The notes beneath the pieces were generated by a model. It was not told the origin of the DNA and did not search any database. It saw only the letters and a program-made list of their open reading frames with translations. Positions 16,818 to 26,744 of a stretch of DNA of 34,618 bases are shown here, piece by piece (position 1 is the stretch's first letter; every line of letters starts with the position of its first letter). Location of the stretch: contig CAIRQE010000027.1 of NCBI GenBank assembly GCA_903880655.1, positions 1 to 34,618 of the forward strand, in the 5' to 3' direction. The DNA comes from an uncultured bacterium (GTDB taxonomy: Bacteria > Patescibacteriota > Saccharimonadia > Saccharimonadales > CAIOMD01). Position numbers and translations under genes: made by a program.

Positions 16818-19800
16818 ATACACATATGGTACCAATATTGCAGATTTTGATGCAGTTCGACTTGCTGTTGCAAGCCCAAGTGACATTATGGAATGGAGCT
16901 ATGGCGAAGTAACCAAGCCTGAGACTATTAACTATCGAACACAGAAGCCTGAACGTGATGGTCTCTTTTGTGAAAAGATTTTCGGACCAGTTAAAGATAT
17001 AAACTCAAATGATTCTAAGTATAAAGGTCTTCGTAGCCGAGAAGCCGCAGTAGATAAGAACGGTGAACTTGTTACTAAGTCTATCGTTCGACGTGAACGA
17101 ATGGGTCATATTGCACTTGCTTGCCCAGTAACGCACATCTGGTTCCTTCGTGGAACTCCAAGCTCAATCGGTCTTGTCCTTAACATGACGGTAAAGAATC
17201 TTGAAAGAATTGCTTATTTCGCAAGTTACGTTGTACTTGATGTAAAAGACGAAAAGCGAGATCAGATCAAAGCAGATAAGGAAGCTGAAGCCGCAGCCGC
17301 TAAGGTTGCAATTGAAGCTCGTTACGAAAAGATGGCTTCTGAAGAAAATGCCAATGTTAAGCAATTAGCAGCAGAACGAACTAAGGAATTAGAAGAAACT
17401 GCAAAAGACTACGAGCTGCTAAAATCACAACTTGATAGCCTACAACTCAATGCACTTATGAGCGAAACAGACTATCGTCTTCTTCCTGATGAACTACAAG
17501 ACCTCATTAAGGTTGGCATGGGTGGTGAAGCCGTTAAGGGAATGCTTGAAAGAGTTGAGCTTGAATCACTTATCAAGCAACTTTCTGGTGAAGTAGAAGA
17601 AGCTAAGGGACAACGTAAGAAAAAGATTATGAAACGACTTCGGATCTTAGAGAGCATGCAACGTGCTGGTATTACACCGGTGAGCATGTGTCTCACGGTT
17701 CTTCCTGTTATTCCTCCAGATCTTCGCCCAATGGTACAGCTTACTGGTGGTCGTTTTGCGACATCTGACCTCAATGATCTTTACCGACGTGTTATTAACC
17801 GTAACAACCGACTAAAGAAATTAGTAGATCTTAACGCTCCTGAAGTAATTCGACGAAACGAAATGCGTATGCTTCAAGAAGCTGTTGATGCACTTATCGA
17901 TAACAGCTCAGCTCGTAGTGGACGTGCAGTATCAAATACTGGCCAACGTCGAAAACTTAAGAGTCTTAGTGACATGCTTAAGGGCAAACAAGGTCGTTTC
18001 CGACAGAACCTTCTCGGAAAGCGTGTTGATTACTCTGGACGTTCTGTAATCGTTGCTGGTCCTGAACTTAAGATTAATGAATGTGGTCTCCCAAAGATGA
18101 TGGCACTTGAATTATTCAAGCCATTTGTTATTGGTCAGCTTATCGCTGATGAGCACGCTCATAACATCCGTTCAGCAACTCGACTTATTGAAATGGGTGA
18201 AACGATAGTTTGGGATGCACTAGATATAGTGATTGCTGGTAAATATGTACTGCTTAACCGAGCACCATCATTGCACCGACTTTCGATTCAAGCTTTCCAA
18301 CCGCGCCTCATCGAAGGGAAGGCTATCCAGCTTCATCCTCTCGTATGTAAAGGTTTCAACGCCGACTTCGATGGTGACCAGATGGCCGTTCATCTTCCGT
18401 TATCCGATGCTGCTCAAAAAGAAGCTCGTGAAATCATGGCTGCAAGCAAGAATATTTTAAAGCCTGCAGATGGATCTCCCGTTCTTCATATAGAACAAGA
18501 TATCGTGCTTGGTGCGTACTATCTTACTTACGATAAATTTGCGAGTGACGCACTGCGGAACTTCAGCGATGTAAACGAAGCCTTGATGGCATATGATGAA
18601 GGCGAATTAAAGCTTCAGTCACCTATCTCAGTTTCATTCAGAGGTATTGTTCGTGAGACTACCCTAGGACGATTACTCTTTAATGAGCTATTCCCAGATG
18701 ATTTCCCATTCCAAAATGAAGCAATGCCTAAAAAGCGCATTCAAAAAGTTATGGCTGACGTATATGAAATGTATGGCCAAGAGAAAACTGCTGAAATTGC
18801 AGATAACCTCAAAGACCTTGCGTTTGAATATGCAACAGTTTCAGGTATCTCAATGGGTATGGATGACTTCCCATCAATCGTTGGTATTGAAAAGGTTATT
18901 GATGCCGGTGAAGTAAAAGCTGCAGATATTAGTGACCAATACGAAGCTGGATTTACTACAAATGACGAGCGTTATCGTCTAACGATTGATAACTGGCTCA
19001 AGGTAGACAATGAAGTACAGTCAATGCTTGCCGAACAACTCGCAACACAGGATAACTCTATGTCAATCGCAGTTGTTTCTGGCGCTCGTGGTAACATCGG
19101 CCAAATGAAGAACAGTGTTGGTATGCTTGGGGTCGTTTCAGACACTAGCGGCCGAGCTATTGAACTTCCAATTAAGTCGAGCTATAAGAGCGGTCTAACG
19201 CCTCTTGAATACTTTACTGGTACTCGTGGTACTCGAAAGGCCCTCATCGATATCGCGCTAAAGACTGCTGACTCTGGTTACTTAACTCGACGACTCGTAG
19301 ACGTATCGCAAGATGTGTTTATCGTAGATGAAGACGTTGAAGACCCAGGTTTCACTATCTACCGAAGCGATGCCGAAGAAATTGGTGTTACGTTTGCGCT
19401 TAAACTTGAAGGTCGTTTTGCGGCTGAAAAGATTGCAGCTAACGGCACAACAATTGTTAAGAAGGGTGAACTCATCACTCGTGCACTAGCTGCTGAGATC
19501 GATAAGAGCGAACTTCCAGCCGTAAAGATCATGAGTGCGCTTACTACTGGTACCGTTCGTGGTATCAGCCGAAAGAGCTATGGAATTGATCCTGCAACAG
19601 GTCAACTTGTCGAAAACCGACATCCAGTTGGTGTGATTGCTGCACAAAGTATCGGTGAACCTGGTACGCAGTTGTCACTAGACTCTAAGCACCGTGCCGG
19701 CGCTACTATTGCTGACGAAACCGCCCAAGGCCTCAACCGTGTTGAAGAACTTTTCGAAGTTCGAACTCCAAAGGGTCAGGCGTATCTTTCAGATGTTGAT

Positions 19801-20622
19801 GGTACTGCCAACGTATGGGAAGAAGGCGATCACTATATTATCCAGGTTGTCGGACAAGACCAGCAATCACTTGTCTTACCACTACTCGGCCGTAAGGCGT
19901 CTGTAGCTGAAGGGCAAGAAGTTGCAATTGGTGATGTTATAGCTTCTAAAGATAAGGCGAGTGAGCCACTTGTTGCGAGCATGGCCGGTAAAGTAACCCT
20001 AAATGAAACGGAAGTAACTATTGTTCCAAAGGATCAGGCTATCGTTCGATACGAAATTCCTGGCTTTAAGCAACTTCTTGTTAAGGATAAAGATTCAGTT
20101 AAGGCGGGCGACCGACTTACTAGTGGATCTGTTAACCTCCATGATCTTATGCGACTCAAGGGTGTTGAATCTACTCAGCGCTACATCATGAACGAAATAA
20201 GTAAGATCTTCGCATCACAGGGTCAAAACATAGCTGACAAACATCTAGAAATTGTCGTACGACAAATGTTTAGCCGTGTCACTATCGAAGAACCGGGTGA
20301 GAGCGAATATGTTACTGGAGATATCGCAAGTAAAGCGGCGGTTATCGAAGCGAACATGGGCCTTGTAGCGAATAAGAAGAAACCTGCACAATTTAGTCAA
20401 TTACTGCTTGGAATTACAAAGGTTTCTACCTGGGCTGATAGCTTCCTCTCTGCAGCAAGCTTCCAGGATACTACTCGAGTACTTATCAGTGCCGCTACAA
20501 GCGGTAAGGTTGATCAACTCTATGGTCTTAAAGAAAACGTTATCTTGGGTCGTAAGATTCCAGTTGGTACTGGGTATATTCCAGAGACTGACGAAGATGA
20601 AACCATTGACGAAGAAGCTTAA
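16810..20622 (+). CDS. rpoC: DNA-directed RNA polymerase subunit beta-prime
   Basis: Catalytic [12 protein letters not shown], plus [20 protein letters not shown] and [10 protein letters not shown]. The ATG overlaps the rpoB stop by 8 nt (ATGCGTAA). A GGAGGTGA Shine-Dalgarno lies upstream. Confidence 0.98.
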   Translation: MRKYTYGTNIADFDAVRLAVASPSDIMEWSYGEVTKPETINYRTQKPERDGLFCEKIFGPVKDINSNDSKYKGLRSREAAVDKNGELVTKSIVRRERMGHIALACPVTHIWFLRGTPSSIGLVLNMTVKNLERIAYFASYVVLDVKDEKRDQIKADKEAEAAAAKVAIEARYEKMASEENANVKQLAAERTKELEETAKDYELLKSQLDSLQLNALMSETDYRLLPDELQDLIKVGMGGEAVKGMLERVELESLIKQLSGEVEEAKGQRKKKIMKRLRILESMQRAGITPVSMCLTVLPVIPPDLRPMVQLTGGRFATSDLNDLYRRVINRNNRLKKLVDLNAPEVIRRNEMRMLQEAVDALIDNSSARSGRAVSNTGQRRKLKSLSDMLKGKQGRFRQNLLGKRVDYSGRSVIVAGPELKINECGLPKMMALELFKPFVIGQLIADEHAHNIRSATRLIEMGETIVWDALDIVIAGKYVLLNRAPSLHRLSIQAFQPRLIEGKAIQLHPLVCKGFNADFDGDQMAVHLPLSDAAQKEAREIMAASKNILKPADGSPVLHIEQDIVLGAYYLTYDKFASDALRNFSDVNEALMAYDEGELKLQSPISVSFRGIVRETTLGRLLFNELFPDDFPFQNEAMPKKRIQKVMADVYEMYGQEKTAEIADNLKDLAFEYATVSGISMGMDDFPSIVGIEKVIDAGEVKAADISDQYEAGFTTNDERYRLTIDNWLKVDNEVQSMLAEQLATQDNSMSIAVVSGARGNIGQMKNSVGMLGVVSDTSGRAIELPIKSSYKSGLTPLEYFTGTRGTRKALIDIALKTADSGYLTRRLVDVSQDVFIVDEDVEDPGFTIYRSDAEEIGVTFALKLEGRFAAEKIAANGTTIVKKGELITRALAAEIDKSELPAVKIMSALTTGTVRGISRKSYGIDPATGQLVENRHPVGVIAAQSIGEPGTQLSLDSKHRAGATIADETAQGLNRVEELFEVRTPKGQAYLSDVDGTANVWEEGDHYIIQVVGQDQQSLVLPLLGRKASVAEGQEVAIGDVIASKDKASEPLVASMAGKVTLNETEVTIVPKDQAIVRYEIPGFKQLLVKDKDSVKAGDRLTSGSVNLHDLMRLKGVESTQRYIMNEISKIFASQGQNIADKHLEIVVRQMFSRVTIEEPGESEYVTGDIASKAAVIEANMGLVANKKKPAQFSQLLLGITKVSTWADSFLSAASFQDTTRVLISAATSGKVDQLYGLKENVILGRKIPVGTGYIPETDEDETIDEEA

Positions 20623-20644
20623 ATCTGTTTAAATAAAGGAAGTT

Positions 20645-21058
20645 ATGCCAACAATTAATCAATTAGTTAGAAAATCACGAAAGACAAGTGTTTACAAAAG
20701 TAAATCGCCAGCTCTTTTACGTGTGACTAACAACCTAAAAACCAAAGCTTATGAAAAGCCTGCACCATTCAAACGCGGTGTGTGTGTTAAGGTAACAACT
20801 AAAACTCCTAAGAAGCCAAACTCAGCCCTTCGTAAGGTTGCACGTGTGCGCCTTACAAATGGCTATGAAGTTTGGGCCTATATTGGTGGAGAAGGTCACA
20901 ACCTCCAAGAACACGCTGTTGTTCTTATAAGAGGTGGTCGTGTTCCTGACTTACCTGGTGTGCGTTATCACGTAGTACGTGGTAGCTTAGACCTTCAAGG
21001 TGTTAGCAATCGCAAGAATGGCCGTAGCAAATACGGAGCCAAAAAAGATAGTAAATAA
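20645..21058 (+). CDS. rpsL: 30S ribosomal protein S12
   Basis: [10 protein letters not shown]..., [11 protein letters not shown] and [10 protein letters not shown]. It has the Gram-positive-type internal insertion. Confidence 0.97.
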   Translation: MPTINQLVRKSRKTSVYKSKSPALLRVTNNLKTKAYEKPAPFKRGVCVKVTTKTPKKPNSALRKVARVRLTNGYEVWAYIGGEGHNLQEHAVVLIRGGRVPDLPGVRYHVVRGSLDLQGVSNRKNGRSKYGAKKDSK

Positions 21059-21137
21059 TTTTAGTGGCTTCAGTGACCGCTTCTCCCACTAATTTGGGTT
21101 GAAGAGCGAGCAGAAGTATATATAAAGGAGTACAGAA

Positions 21138-21614
21138 ATGCCACGAAAGAAAACCAAGAGCCTGGTACGAGATATACCAGCAGATCGTAAATATAATGAC
21201 GTTCGCGTTGCTCGTTTAATTAACCGAGTAATGCTTAACGGCAAAAAACAACTTGCAGAGAAAATTATCTATGATGGTATGGAAACAGCCGCTAAGAAAT
21301 TGAAGCAAGAAAGTCCGCTTGAAGTGCTTAACCGAGCACTAGATAACGTTAAGCCTAACGTTGAAACTCGTTCACGTCGTGTTGGTGGCGCTAACTATCA
21401 AATCCCATTTGAAGTTCGCGGACAAAGACAGAGTCATCTTACACTTATGTGGTTCGTAGCAGCTGCTCGATCTCGTAAAGGTATGCCAATGGCTGACCGT
21501 GTTGCAGCAGAAATCATGGATGCATTTAATGGTACCGGATCTGCTGTTAAGAAGCGTGAAGATACACACAAAATGGCTGAATCTAACAGAGCATTCGCTC
21601 ACTTCGCACGATAA
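21138..21614 (+). CDS. rpsG: 30S ribosomal protein S7
   Basis: Full-length S7 pattern (MPRKK..., VETRSRRVGGANYQIP, HKMAESNRAFAHF) in the canonical str-operon position. Confidence 0.97.
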   Translation: MPRKKTKSLVRDIPADRKYNDVRVARLINRVMLNGKKQLAEKIIYDGMETAAKKLKQESPLEVLNRALDNVKPNVETRSRRVGGANYQIPFEVRGQRQSHLTLMWFVAAARSRKGMPMADRVAAEIMDAFNGTGSAVKKREDTHKMAESNRAFAHFAR

Positions 21615-21655
21615 GAAACGCATTACTTTTAAAATTTTAATAAAACGAGGAATTT

Positions 21656-23749
21656 ATGGCAGCTAAAGTAACCCCTATGGATAAGATGCGCAATATTGGA
21701 ATTATTGCCCATATTGACGCCGGTAAAACAACAACAACTGAAGGTATTTTGTACCGAACTGGACTAAAGCATAAAATTGGTGCAGTTCACGAAGGTGGAA
21801 CAACAACTGACTGGATGGCACAGGAAAGAGAACGTGGTATCACGATTGTTTCTGCTGCTGTTACCAGCTATTGGAAAGATCACCAGATTAATATTATCGA
21901 TACACCAGGACATATCGACTTTACTGTAGAAGTAGAACGATCACTCCGGGTGCTTGATGGCGCTGTTGTAGTTTTCGACGGTAAAATGGGTGTTGAATCA
22001 CAATCGGAAACTGTATGGCGACAAGCTGACAAATATAAAGTTCCTCGTGCGTGTTTCATTAACAAGATCAACCAAACTGGTGGAGATTTTTATAAGTCTC
22101 TCGATTCAATCCATAATCGTCTTAACAAACGAGCTTTTCCAATTCACCTACCGATCGGTTTTGAGCAAGAAATCAATGGCGTAATTGACCTCGTAACCAT
22201 GAAGTCATACACCTATAAAGAATTTACTGATCACGAACTTATTGAAGGTGATGTACCTGCGGATATGCTTGACCAGGCGACGAAAGCACGAAGTCTCCTC
22301 GTTGAAAACGCAGTTGCAGAAGATGAGAAAATTCTAGAAAAATATTTTGAAGTTGGTGAAGAAGGCTTGAGTATCGCTGAAGTTAAACAAGCTATCCGAA
22401 CAGCAACCCTTAGTGGTCGTTTTTTCCCAGTAACTGGTGGAGATGGACGCGGCGTTATTGTTGAGAAGGTGCTTGATCTTGTTGTAGATGTATTACCAAG
22501 TCCGCTAGATCGTGGTAGCACATGGGGCCATCATCCAAAAACTGACGAAGAAATAGAACGTAAGCCAAATGACAGTGATCCTTTTGCAGCACTAGCCTTT
22601 AAGATTGCGACTGACCCCTTCGTCGGTAAGCTCGCTTACTTCCGTGTTTATAGCGGTAAAGTTTCTGCAGGTAGCTATATCTTAAATAGCTCAACTGGTG
22701 AAAAAGAACGTGTTGGTCGTATTGTACGTATGCAAGCTGACAAGCGTGAGGACGTCACTGAAGTTACTGCCGGAGATATCGCTGCTATTGTTGGCCTGAA
22801 GGGCACGACAACAGGTAACACACTCTGTGATATTGCAAAGCCTATTATCCTTGAAAGTATTACATTCCCTGAACCACCTGTTAGTATTGCGATCGAACCA
22901 GCTACAAAAGCTGACCAAGAAAAAATGGGTATTGCTTTGCAACGGCTTGCTGAAGAAGATCCTACATTCCGAGTGCGAGTTGATCACGAAACTGGCCAAA
23001 CCATTATTAATGGAATGGGTGAGTTACATCTTGAAATCATTGTTGATCGAATGAAGCGAGAATTCAACGTTGTCGCAAATATCGGTGCCCCGCAAGTTGC
23101 TTATCGAGAAACTATCCGTAAGGATGCTGTTGAAATCCAAGGCAAGTTTATACGTCAATCTGGTGGTCGTGGACAATACGGAGACGTATGGCTTCGATTA
23201 TCTCAGAATGAAGCTGGAAAAGGTTTTGAATTCATCAATAGCATTAAGGGTGGTGTTATCCCTACCGAATACATTCCCGCTGTTAAAGCAGGTATTGAAG
23301 AAGCTATGTCTAATGGTGTTCTTGCTGGCTATCCAGTTGTAGATATAAAAGCAGAACTTTATTATGGTAGTTATCACGACGTTGACTCATCTGAAATGGC
23401 CTTTAAGATTGCCGGTTCAATGGCGTTACAAGAAGGCGTTCGAAAAGCAAGTCCAGTACTCCTAGAGCCAGTCATGAAAGTTGTTGCTGTAACCCCAGAA
23501 GAAAACATGGGTGAAGTCATCGGTGACCTTAACTCAAAGCGTGGTCGCATTGAATCAATGGAAGACCTCCAGGCTAACGTTAAAGAAATAACAGCCTTTG
23601 TACCACTTGGCGAAATGTTTGGCTATACAACCAATCTTCGAAGCATGACAAAGGGTCGAGCAAGCAGTTCTATGGAGCTTGATCACTATGCTGATGTTCC
23701 AGGACATGTCGCCGATGCGATCGTCGCAAAAAATGCAAAGAGTGCTTAA
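21656..23749 (+). CDS. fusA: Elongation factor G
   Basis: GTPase G1 AHIDAGKTT and G3 DTPGHIDF, followed by EF-G domains II-V (for example [16 protein letters not shown]). Confidence 0.97.
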   Translation: MAAKVTPMDKMRNIGIIAHIDAGKTTTTEGILYRTGLKHKIGAVHEGGTTTDWMAQERERGITIVSAAVTSYWKDHQINIIDTPGHIDFTVEVERSLRVLDGAVVVFDGKMGVESQSETVWRQADKYKVPRACFINKINQTGGDFYKSLDSIHNRLNKRAFPIHLPIGFEQEINGVIDLVTMKSYTYKEFTDHELIEGDVPADMLDQATKARSLLVENAVAEDEKILEKYFEVGEEGLSIAEVKQAIRTATLSGRFFPVTGGDGRGVIVEKVLDLVVDVLPSPLDRGSTWGHHPKTDEEIERKPNDSDPFAALAFKIATDPFVGKLAYFRVYSGKVSAGSYILNSSTGEKERVGRIVRMQADKREDVTEVTAGDIAAIVGLKGTTTGNTLCDIAKPIILESITFPEPPVSIAIEPATKADQEKMGIALQRLAEEDPTFRVRVDHETGQTIINGMGELHLEIIVDRMKREFNVVANIGAPQVAYRETIRKDAVEIQGKFIRQSGGRGQYGDVWLRLSQNEAGKGFEFINSIKGGVIPTEYIPAVKAGIEEAMSNGVLAGYPVVDIKAELYYGSYHDVDSSEMAFKIAGSMALQEGVRKASPVLLEPVMKVVAVTPEENMGEVIGDLNSKRGRIESMEDLQANVKEITAFVPLGEMFGYTTNLRSMTKGRASSSMELDHYADVPGHVADAIVAKNAKSA

Positions 23750-23760
23750 AAATAATACTC

Positions 23761-23790
23761 TTTACAAACAGATACCAAATTAGTTACAAT
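23761..23790 (+). promoter_or_regulatory. Candidate sigma70-type promoter for tuf (TTTACA-18-TACAAT)
   Basis: TTTACA at 23761-23766 and TACAAT at 23785-23790, in the 106-nt fusA-tuf spacer. Motif match only. Confidence 0.35.
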
Positions 23791-23855
23791 CTATGAGTTA
23801 TGCGTAAAAAGGCATTGCTCTTGAACGCAAAAAATATTAATCCCAAGGAGAACAA

Positions 23856-25040
23856 ATGGCAGAAACATTTGATCGCAGCAAACCGCATGTGAACGTTGGA
23901 ACTATGGGTCACGTTGACCATGGTAAAACTTCACTTACTGCTGCAATAACTATGACATTAGCAAAGCGCTTACCAAGTGCTGTTAACAAAGCTGTTAATT
24001 ATGACCAAATTGACAATGCACCTGAAGAAAAGGCTCGTGGTATAACCATTGCTACATCTCACCAGGAATATGAAAGCGAAAAGCGACACTACGCTCACGT
24101 GGACATGCCGGGTCACGCAGACTATGTAAAGAACATGATTACTGGTGCTGCTCAAATTGACGGTGCTATTCTTGTAGTATCAGCAGCTGACGGCCCTATG
24201 CCTCAGACTCGTGAACACGTTCTTCTTGCTAAGCAAGTTGGTGTTCCAAAGATTCTTGTTTTCCTAAACAAGATGGACCTTGCTGATCCTGAATTAGTAG
24301 AACTAGTTGAAATGGATGTTCGTGAGCTATTAGCTAAGTACGATTACGACGAAAACTGCCCGATCATTAAGGGTTCTGCTACCAAAGCTATCGAAGGCGA
24401 CAAAGAAGCTGAAGATGCTGTCATGGAACTCGTTGCAGCTATGGATGATTTCATTCCAGAGCCAAAGCGAGACCTAGACAAGCCTTTCCTAATGCCTATT
24501 GAAGACGTATTTAGCATCAAGGGTCGTGGTACTGTTGCTACCGGTCGTGTTGAAACTGGAATCGTCAAGGTTAACGAAGAAGTTGAAATCGTTGGTCTTA
24601 AGGACACACGCAAGGTTGTCGTAACTGGTGTTGAAATGTTCAAGAAACAACTTGACCAAGGACAAGCTGGTGACAACGTTGGAATCTTGCTTCGTGGTGT
24701 AGAACGTGATGATATCGAGCGCGGCCAAGTGCTTGCTAAACCAGGTTCTATTACTCCTCATACTGAATTTGATGCTGAAGTATATATCCTTACTAAAGAA
24801 GAAGGTGGACGGCACACTCCTTTCTTCAAGGGATACAAGCCTCAATTCTACTTCCGTACTACGGACGTAACTGGTGAAGTTGAACTTCCAGCAGATAAAG
24901 AAATGGTTATGCCTGGTGATACTATTACCTTCAAGGTTAGCCTACTTAATCCAATTGCTATGGAACAAGGACTACGCTTCGCTATTCGTGAAGGTGGCCG
25001 TACCGTAGGTGCTGGTGTTGTAACTAAGATTACTAAATAA
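23856..25040 (+). CDS. tuf: Elongation factor Tu
   Basis: [18 protein letters not shown] and NKMD. Full-length EF-Tu pattern. AAGGAG Shine-Dalgarno upstream. Confidence 0.98.
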   Translation: MAETFDRSKPHVNVGTMGHVDHGKTSLTAAITMTLAKRLPSAVNKAVNYDQIDNAPEEKARGITIATSHQEYESEKRHYAHVDMPGHADYVKNMITGAAQIDGAILVVSAADGPMPQTREHVLLAKQVGVPKILVFLNKMDLADPELVELVEMDVRELLAKYDYDENCPIIKGSATKAIEGDKEAEDAVMELVAAMDDFIPEPKRDLDKPFLMPIEDVFSIKGRGTVATGRVETGIVKVNEEVEIVGLKDTRKVVVTGVEMFKKQLDQGQAGDNVGILLRGVERDDIERGQVLAKPGSITPHTEFDAEVYILTKEEGGRHTPFFKGYKPQFYFRTTDVTGEVELPADKEMVMPGDTITFKVSLLNPIAMEQGLRFAIREGGRTVGAGVVTKITK

Positions 25041-25060
25041 TCTGATTGCACTAAAAAATG

Positions 25061-25090
25061 GAGCTGGCTTAAACAACCAGCTCTTTTTTT
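25061..25090 (+). terminator. Intrinsic terminator after tuf
   Basis: Stem GAGCTGG (25061-25067) / CCAGCTC (25077-25083), followed by T7. Confidence 0.8.
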
Positions 25091-25093
25091 GAT

Positions 25094-25122
25094 TTGAAAA
25101 AAACAACTATAACAGGTATAAT
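25094..25122 (+). promoter_or_regulatory. Near-consensus promoter for rpsJ (TTGAAA-17-TATAAT)
   Basis: TTGAAA at 25094-25099, an exactly 17-nt spacer, and TATAAT at 25117-25122. It lies immediately after the tuf terminator and ~95 nt upstream of rpsJ. Confidence 0.65.
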
Positions 25123-25217
25123 AAAACTTGTAAAATAATTGTAATGACAACTCATCCAGATGTGTGCACATAGGTCACAATTCGAGAAGAGGTTACATTA
25201 CGCGACAGGAGCTATAA

Positions 25218-25544
25218 ATGGCAACAGCCGAACAACCAAAGCAACAACGAATTCGCATTCGTCTAAAAGCGTATGATCATAAAGTTATTGATCAATCAGC
25301 AAAGCAGATCGTAGACACCGCGCTACGTACCGGAGCAACAATTGCCGGCCCAATTCCTCTTCCAACTCGGAAAACGGTTTATACGGTCGTTAAAAGCCCC
25401 CACGTGTATAAAAAAGGCCGTGAACAGTTTGAGATGAGAGTGCACAAGCGTCTTATTGATATTTCTAATCCAACCCCTAAGACAATCGATAGTTTAATGA
25501 ATCTATCTTTGCCAGCTGGTTGTGACGCTGAAATTAAGATGTAA
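25218..25544 (+). CDS. rpsJ: 30S ribosomal protein S10
   Basis: [11 protein letters not shown]..., [22 protein letters not shown]. Confidence 0.97.
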   Translation: MATAEQPKQQRIRIRLKAYDHKVIDQSAKQIVDTALRTGATIAGPIPLPTRKTVYTVVKSPHVYKKGREQFEMRVHKRLIDISNPTPKTIDSLMNLSLPAGCDAEIKM

Positions 25545-25565
25545 AGAGAATTTTATTAAAAAAAT

Positions 25566-25594
25566 ACACCCCAATAATATGGGGTGTTTTTTAT
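25566..25594 (+). terminator. Intrinsic terminator immediately after rpsJ
   Basis: Stem ACACCCC (25566-25572) / GGGGTGT (25581-25587), followed by TTTTTTATT. Confidence 0.75.
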
Positions 25595-25597
25595 TGC

Positions 25598-25646
25598 AAA
25601 GATAAGGGGAGAGTTCAAGGGCATATTACTGCCCAAGAACTCTCCC
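25598..25646 (-). terminator. Long hairpin downstream of the minus-strand 76-codon ORF (candidate terminator)
   Basis: GGGAGAGTTC (25607-25616) pairs with GAACTCTCCC (25637-25646). An inner GGGCA/TGCCC stem has a 6-nt loop. An AA/AA internal mismatch separates the two stems. On the minus strand the hairpin is followed by UUAUCUUUG. Confidence 0.5.
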
Positions 25647-25678
25647 AGGTGAATGTGAGTGATGCGGGCCGGTGAGAT

Positions 25679-25909
25679 TTAGGTAAGTGGTACGAATACC
25701 AAATGATCAAAATCAATCCAGCCTGGATCATGTCCTGTGTCTTTGAAGACACGCTTTCGGAATTGCATCGCAACATTCTTGCGATAATTCTCGCTACCAG
25801 CTCTTGCTTTTGCGTAGGTGTTGTCGTTCAGCCGAAGCCGTTCAACAACCCAGCCACGCACATGCGAGACCCGGTAGATGGTGCTGGATCCTCGAGGCAA
25901 CCAGACCAC
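25679..25909 (-). CDS. Small hypothetical protein (73-76 aa; GTG or in-frame TTG start)
   Basis: The ORF has its own upstream TTGTGT-17-TATAGT promoter, a G-rich Shine-Dalgarno (AAAGGGGG) and a downstream hairpin. I recognised no family motif. It lies in a locally GC-rich patch (~50-60% by eye). A coding call is preferred over the overlapping plus-strand ORF but is not certain. Confidence 0.45.
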   Translation of the reverse strand: MVWLPRGSSTIYRVSHVRGWVVERLRLNDNTYAKARAGSENYRKNVAMQFRKRVFKDTGHDPGWIDFDHLVFVPLT

Positions 25910-25952
25910 CCCCTTTGGGTAAAATGCTCTAACAACTTGTCAGAGCGATAAT

Positions 25953-25981
25953 ACTATACAATAAAAAGATAAAATACACAA
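25953..25981 (-). promoter_or_regulatory. Candidate promoter for the 76-codon ORF (TTGTGT-17-TATAGT on minus strand)
   Basis: The reverse complement of 25953-25981 reads TTGTGT ATTTTATCTTTTTATTG TATAGT. Confidence 0.4.
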
Positions 25982-25984
25982 TAA

Positions 25985-26028
25985 GCAAAAAGCCCTACAA
26001 AACTGTTATCACAGTGAAGTAGAGCTTT
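25985..26028 (-). terminator. Intrinsic terminator after the 192-aa ORF
   Basis: On the minus strand AAAGCTCTAC pairs with GTAGGGCTTT (one mismatch) around a 20-nt loop, followed by UUUUGCUUAUU. It starts 4 nt after the TAG stop. Confidence 0.5.
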
Positions 26029-26031
26029 ATG

Positions 26032-26610
26032 CTAGCGCCTTTTTGGAAGGGCGCAATCAAAACTGTAGGCTGTTTTGCCTAATTCTTTTTCATAGGGACG
26101 GGGCAGCACGGTTATTCGAACTGCACTGTGACCAATTCTAAAGAATCGACGAAACTTTCTCGCAACGGTGTCCTTTTGGGGTACATGCCTCGGAACTGTT
26201 GACTTAGTACTAAATGCTTTTCCGTCTATAAGACGATTCAAGCGATTATACAGTAGGTGAGAAATTGTTTCGTAATTGATTGCGCCACGGCCATCTCGTC
26301 GCCACTGGATTTCCAGGTAGGGCATCTTAAATGTGTCGCTCTTATCTTTGATAAGATCATACTTGTGATCAATCGCATAGACGAGAATGAGTGAAATTAT
26401 GATGTCCTCAGCTTCATTCAACTCATTAATTGTAGCCTTGTATCGCGCTGCGATCGCCGGATTAAGGCTGGCCATTACTGATTCAAATGAAGCTTTCCTG
26501 TTTCTTACTCTGTTAAGAGTTCTTCCAAGTTTATTCAGATCTGCTTTTGATCTGGGTATTACTATCCTCAGCTTTATTTTGCTGGTTCGATTCCTTGGCC
26601 GATCGGCCAT
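26032..26610 (-). CDS. Orphan hypothetical protein, 192 aa, highly basic, possible ribbon-helix-helix-like N-terminus
   Basis: Strong Shine-Dalgarno (GAGGAGG, 8 nt before the ATG), with its own promoter and terminator. The protein is rich in Arg/Lys. Its N-terminus KIKLRIVIPRSKADLNKLGRTLNRVRNRKASFESV fits a beta-strand/helix/helix pattern. I recognised no catalytic family motif. Confidence 0.7.
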   Translation of the reverse strand: MADRPRNRTSKIKLRIVIPRSKADLNKLGRTLNRVRNRKASFESVMASLNPAIAARYKATINELNEAEDIIISLILVYAIDHKYDLIKDKSDTFKMPYLEIQWRRDGRGAINYETISHLLYNRLNRLIDGKAFSTKSTVPRHVPQKDTVARKFRRFFRIGHSAVRITVLPRPYEKELGKTAYSFDCALPKRR

Positions 26611-26626
26611 AGAATATACCTCCTCG

Positions 26627-26653
26627 TAGTGGGACTAGTAGGACTAGCAGTAT
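26627..26653. repeat. Tandem 9-nt units TAGTGGGAC / TAGTAGGAC / TAGCAGTAT between the promoter and Shine-Dalgarno of the 192-aa gene
   Basis: Read directly. Units 1 and 2 match 8/9. Unit 3 is degenerate (6/9). They lie at the predicted transcription start of the minus-strand gene. Confidence 0.45.
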
Positions 26654-26654
26654 T

Positions 26655-26683
26655 ACTTTATAACAATAGCTTAGCAAAGTCAA
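26655..26683 (-). promoter_or_regulatory. Candidate promoter for the 192-aa gene (TTGACT-17-TAAAGT on minus strand)
   Basis: The reverse complement of 26655-26683 reads TTGACT TTGCTAAGCTATTGTTA TAAAGT. The -35 is bracketed by a 9-bp inverted repeat, AGCTTAGCA (26668-26676) / TGCTAAGCT (26704-26712). Confidence 0.4.
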
Positions 26684-26744
26684 TTAAACATAAGAATTTT
26701 TTATGCTAAGCTGTACGAGCAATAAAATAATTGCCGAGAAGAAC

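Noticed and set aside
25141-25201. 6-bp pairing GTAATG...CATTAC in the ~95-nt rpsJ leader, considered as an S10-leader-like structure.
   Set aside because: The stem is short and encloses about 50 nt, with no terminator-like feature. It is insufficient to call a regulatory RNA.
25703-25951. 82-aa plus-strand ORF overlapping the 76-codon minus-strand ORF.
   Set aside because: The plus strand shows no promoter or Shine-Dalgarno and lies just downstream of two terminators. The translation is Cys/Pro-rich and not protein-like. The minus-strand reading has promoter, Shine-Dalgarno and terminator signals. Neither reading is proven.
26032-26610. Motif hints in the 192-aa protein: an Rx5H string (RFFRIGH) reminiscent of HEPN RNases, and IGHSAVRITVLPRPY reminiscent of the LGHS...Y end of tyrosine recombinases.
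   Set aside because: These are single short strings. The upstream recombinase residues (Arg box, HxxR) are absent, the H-to-Y spacing is off, and one Rx4-6H match is expected by chance in an Arg-rich protein. They are not usable as an annotation without profile or structure searches.
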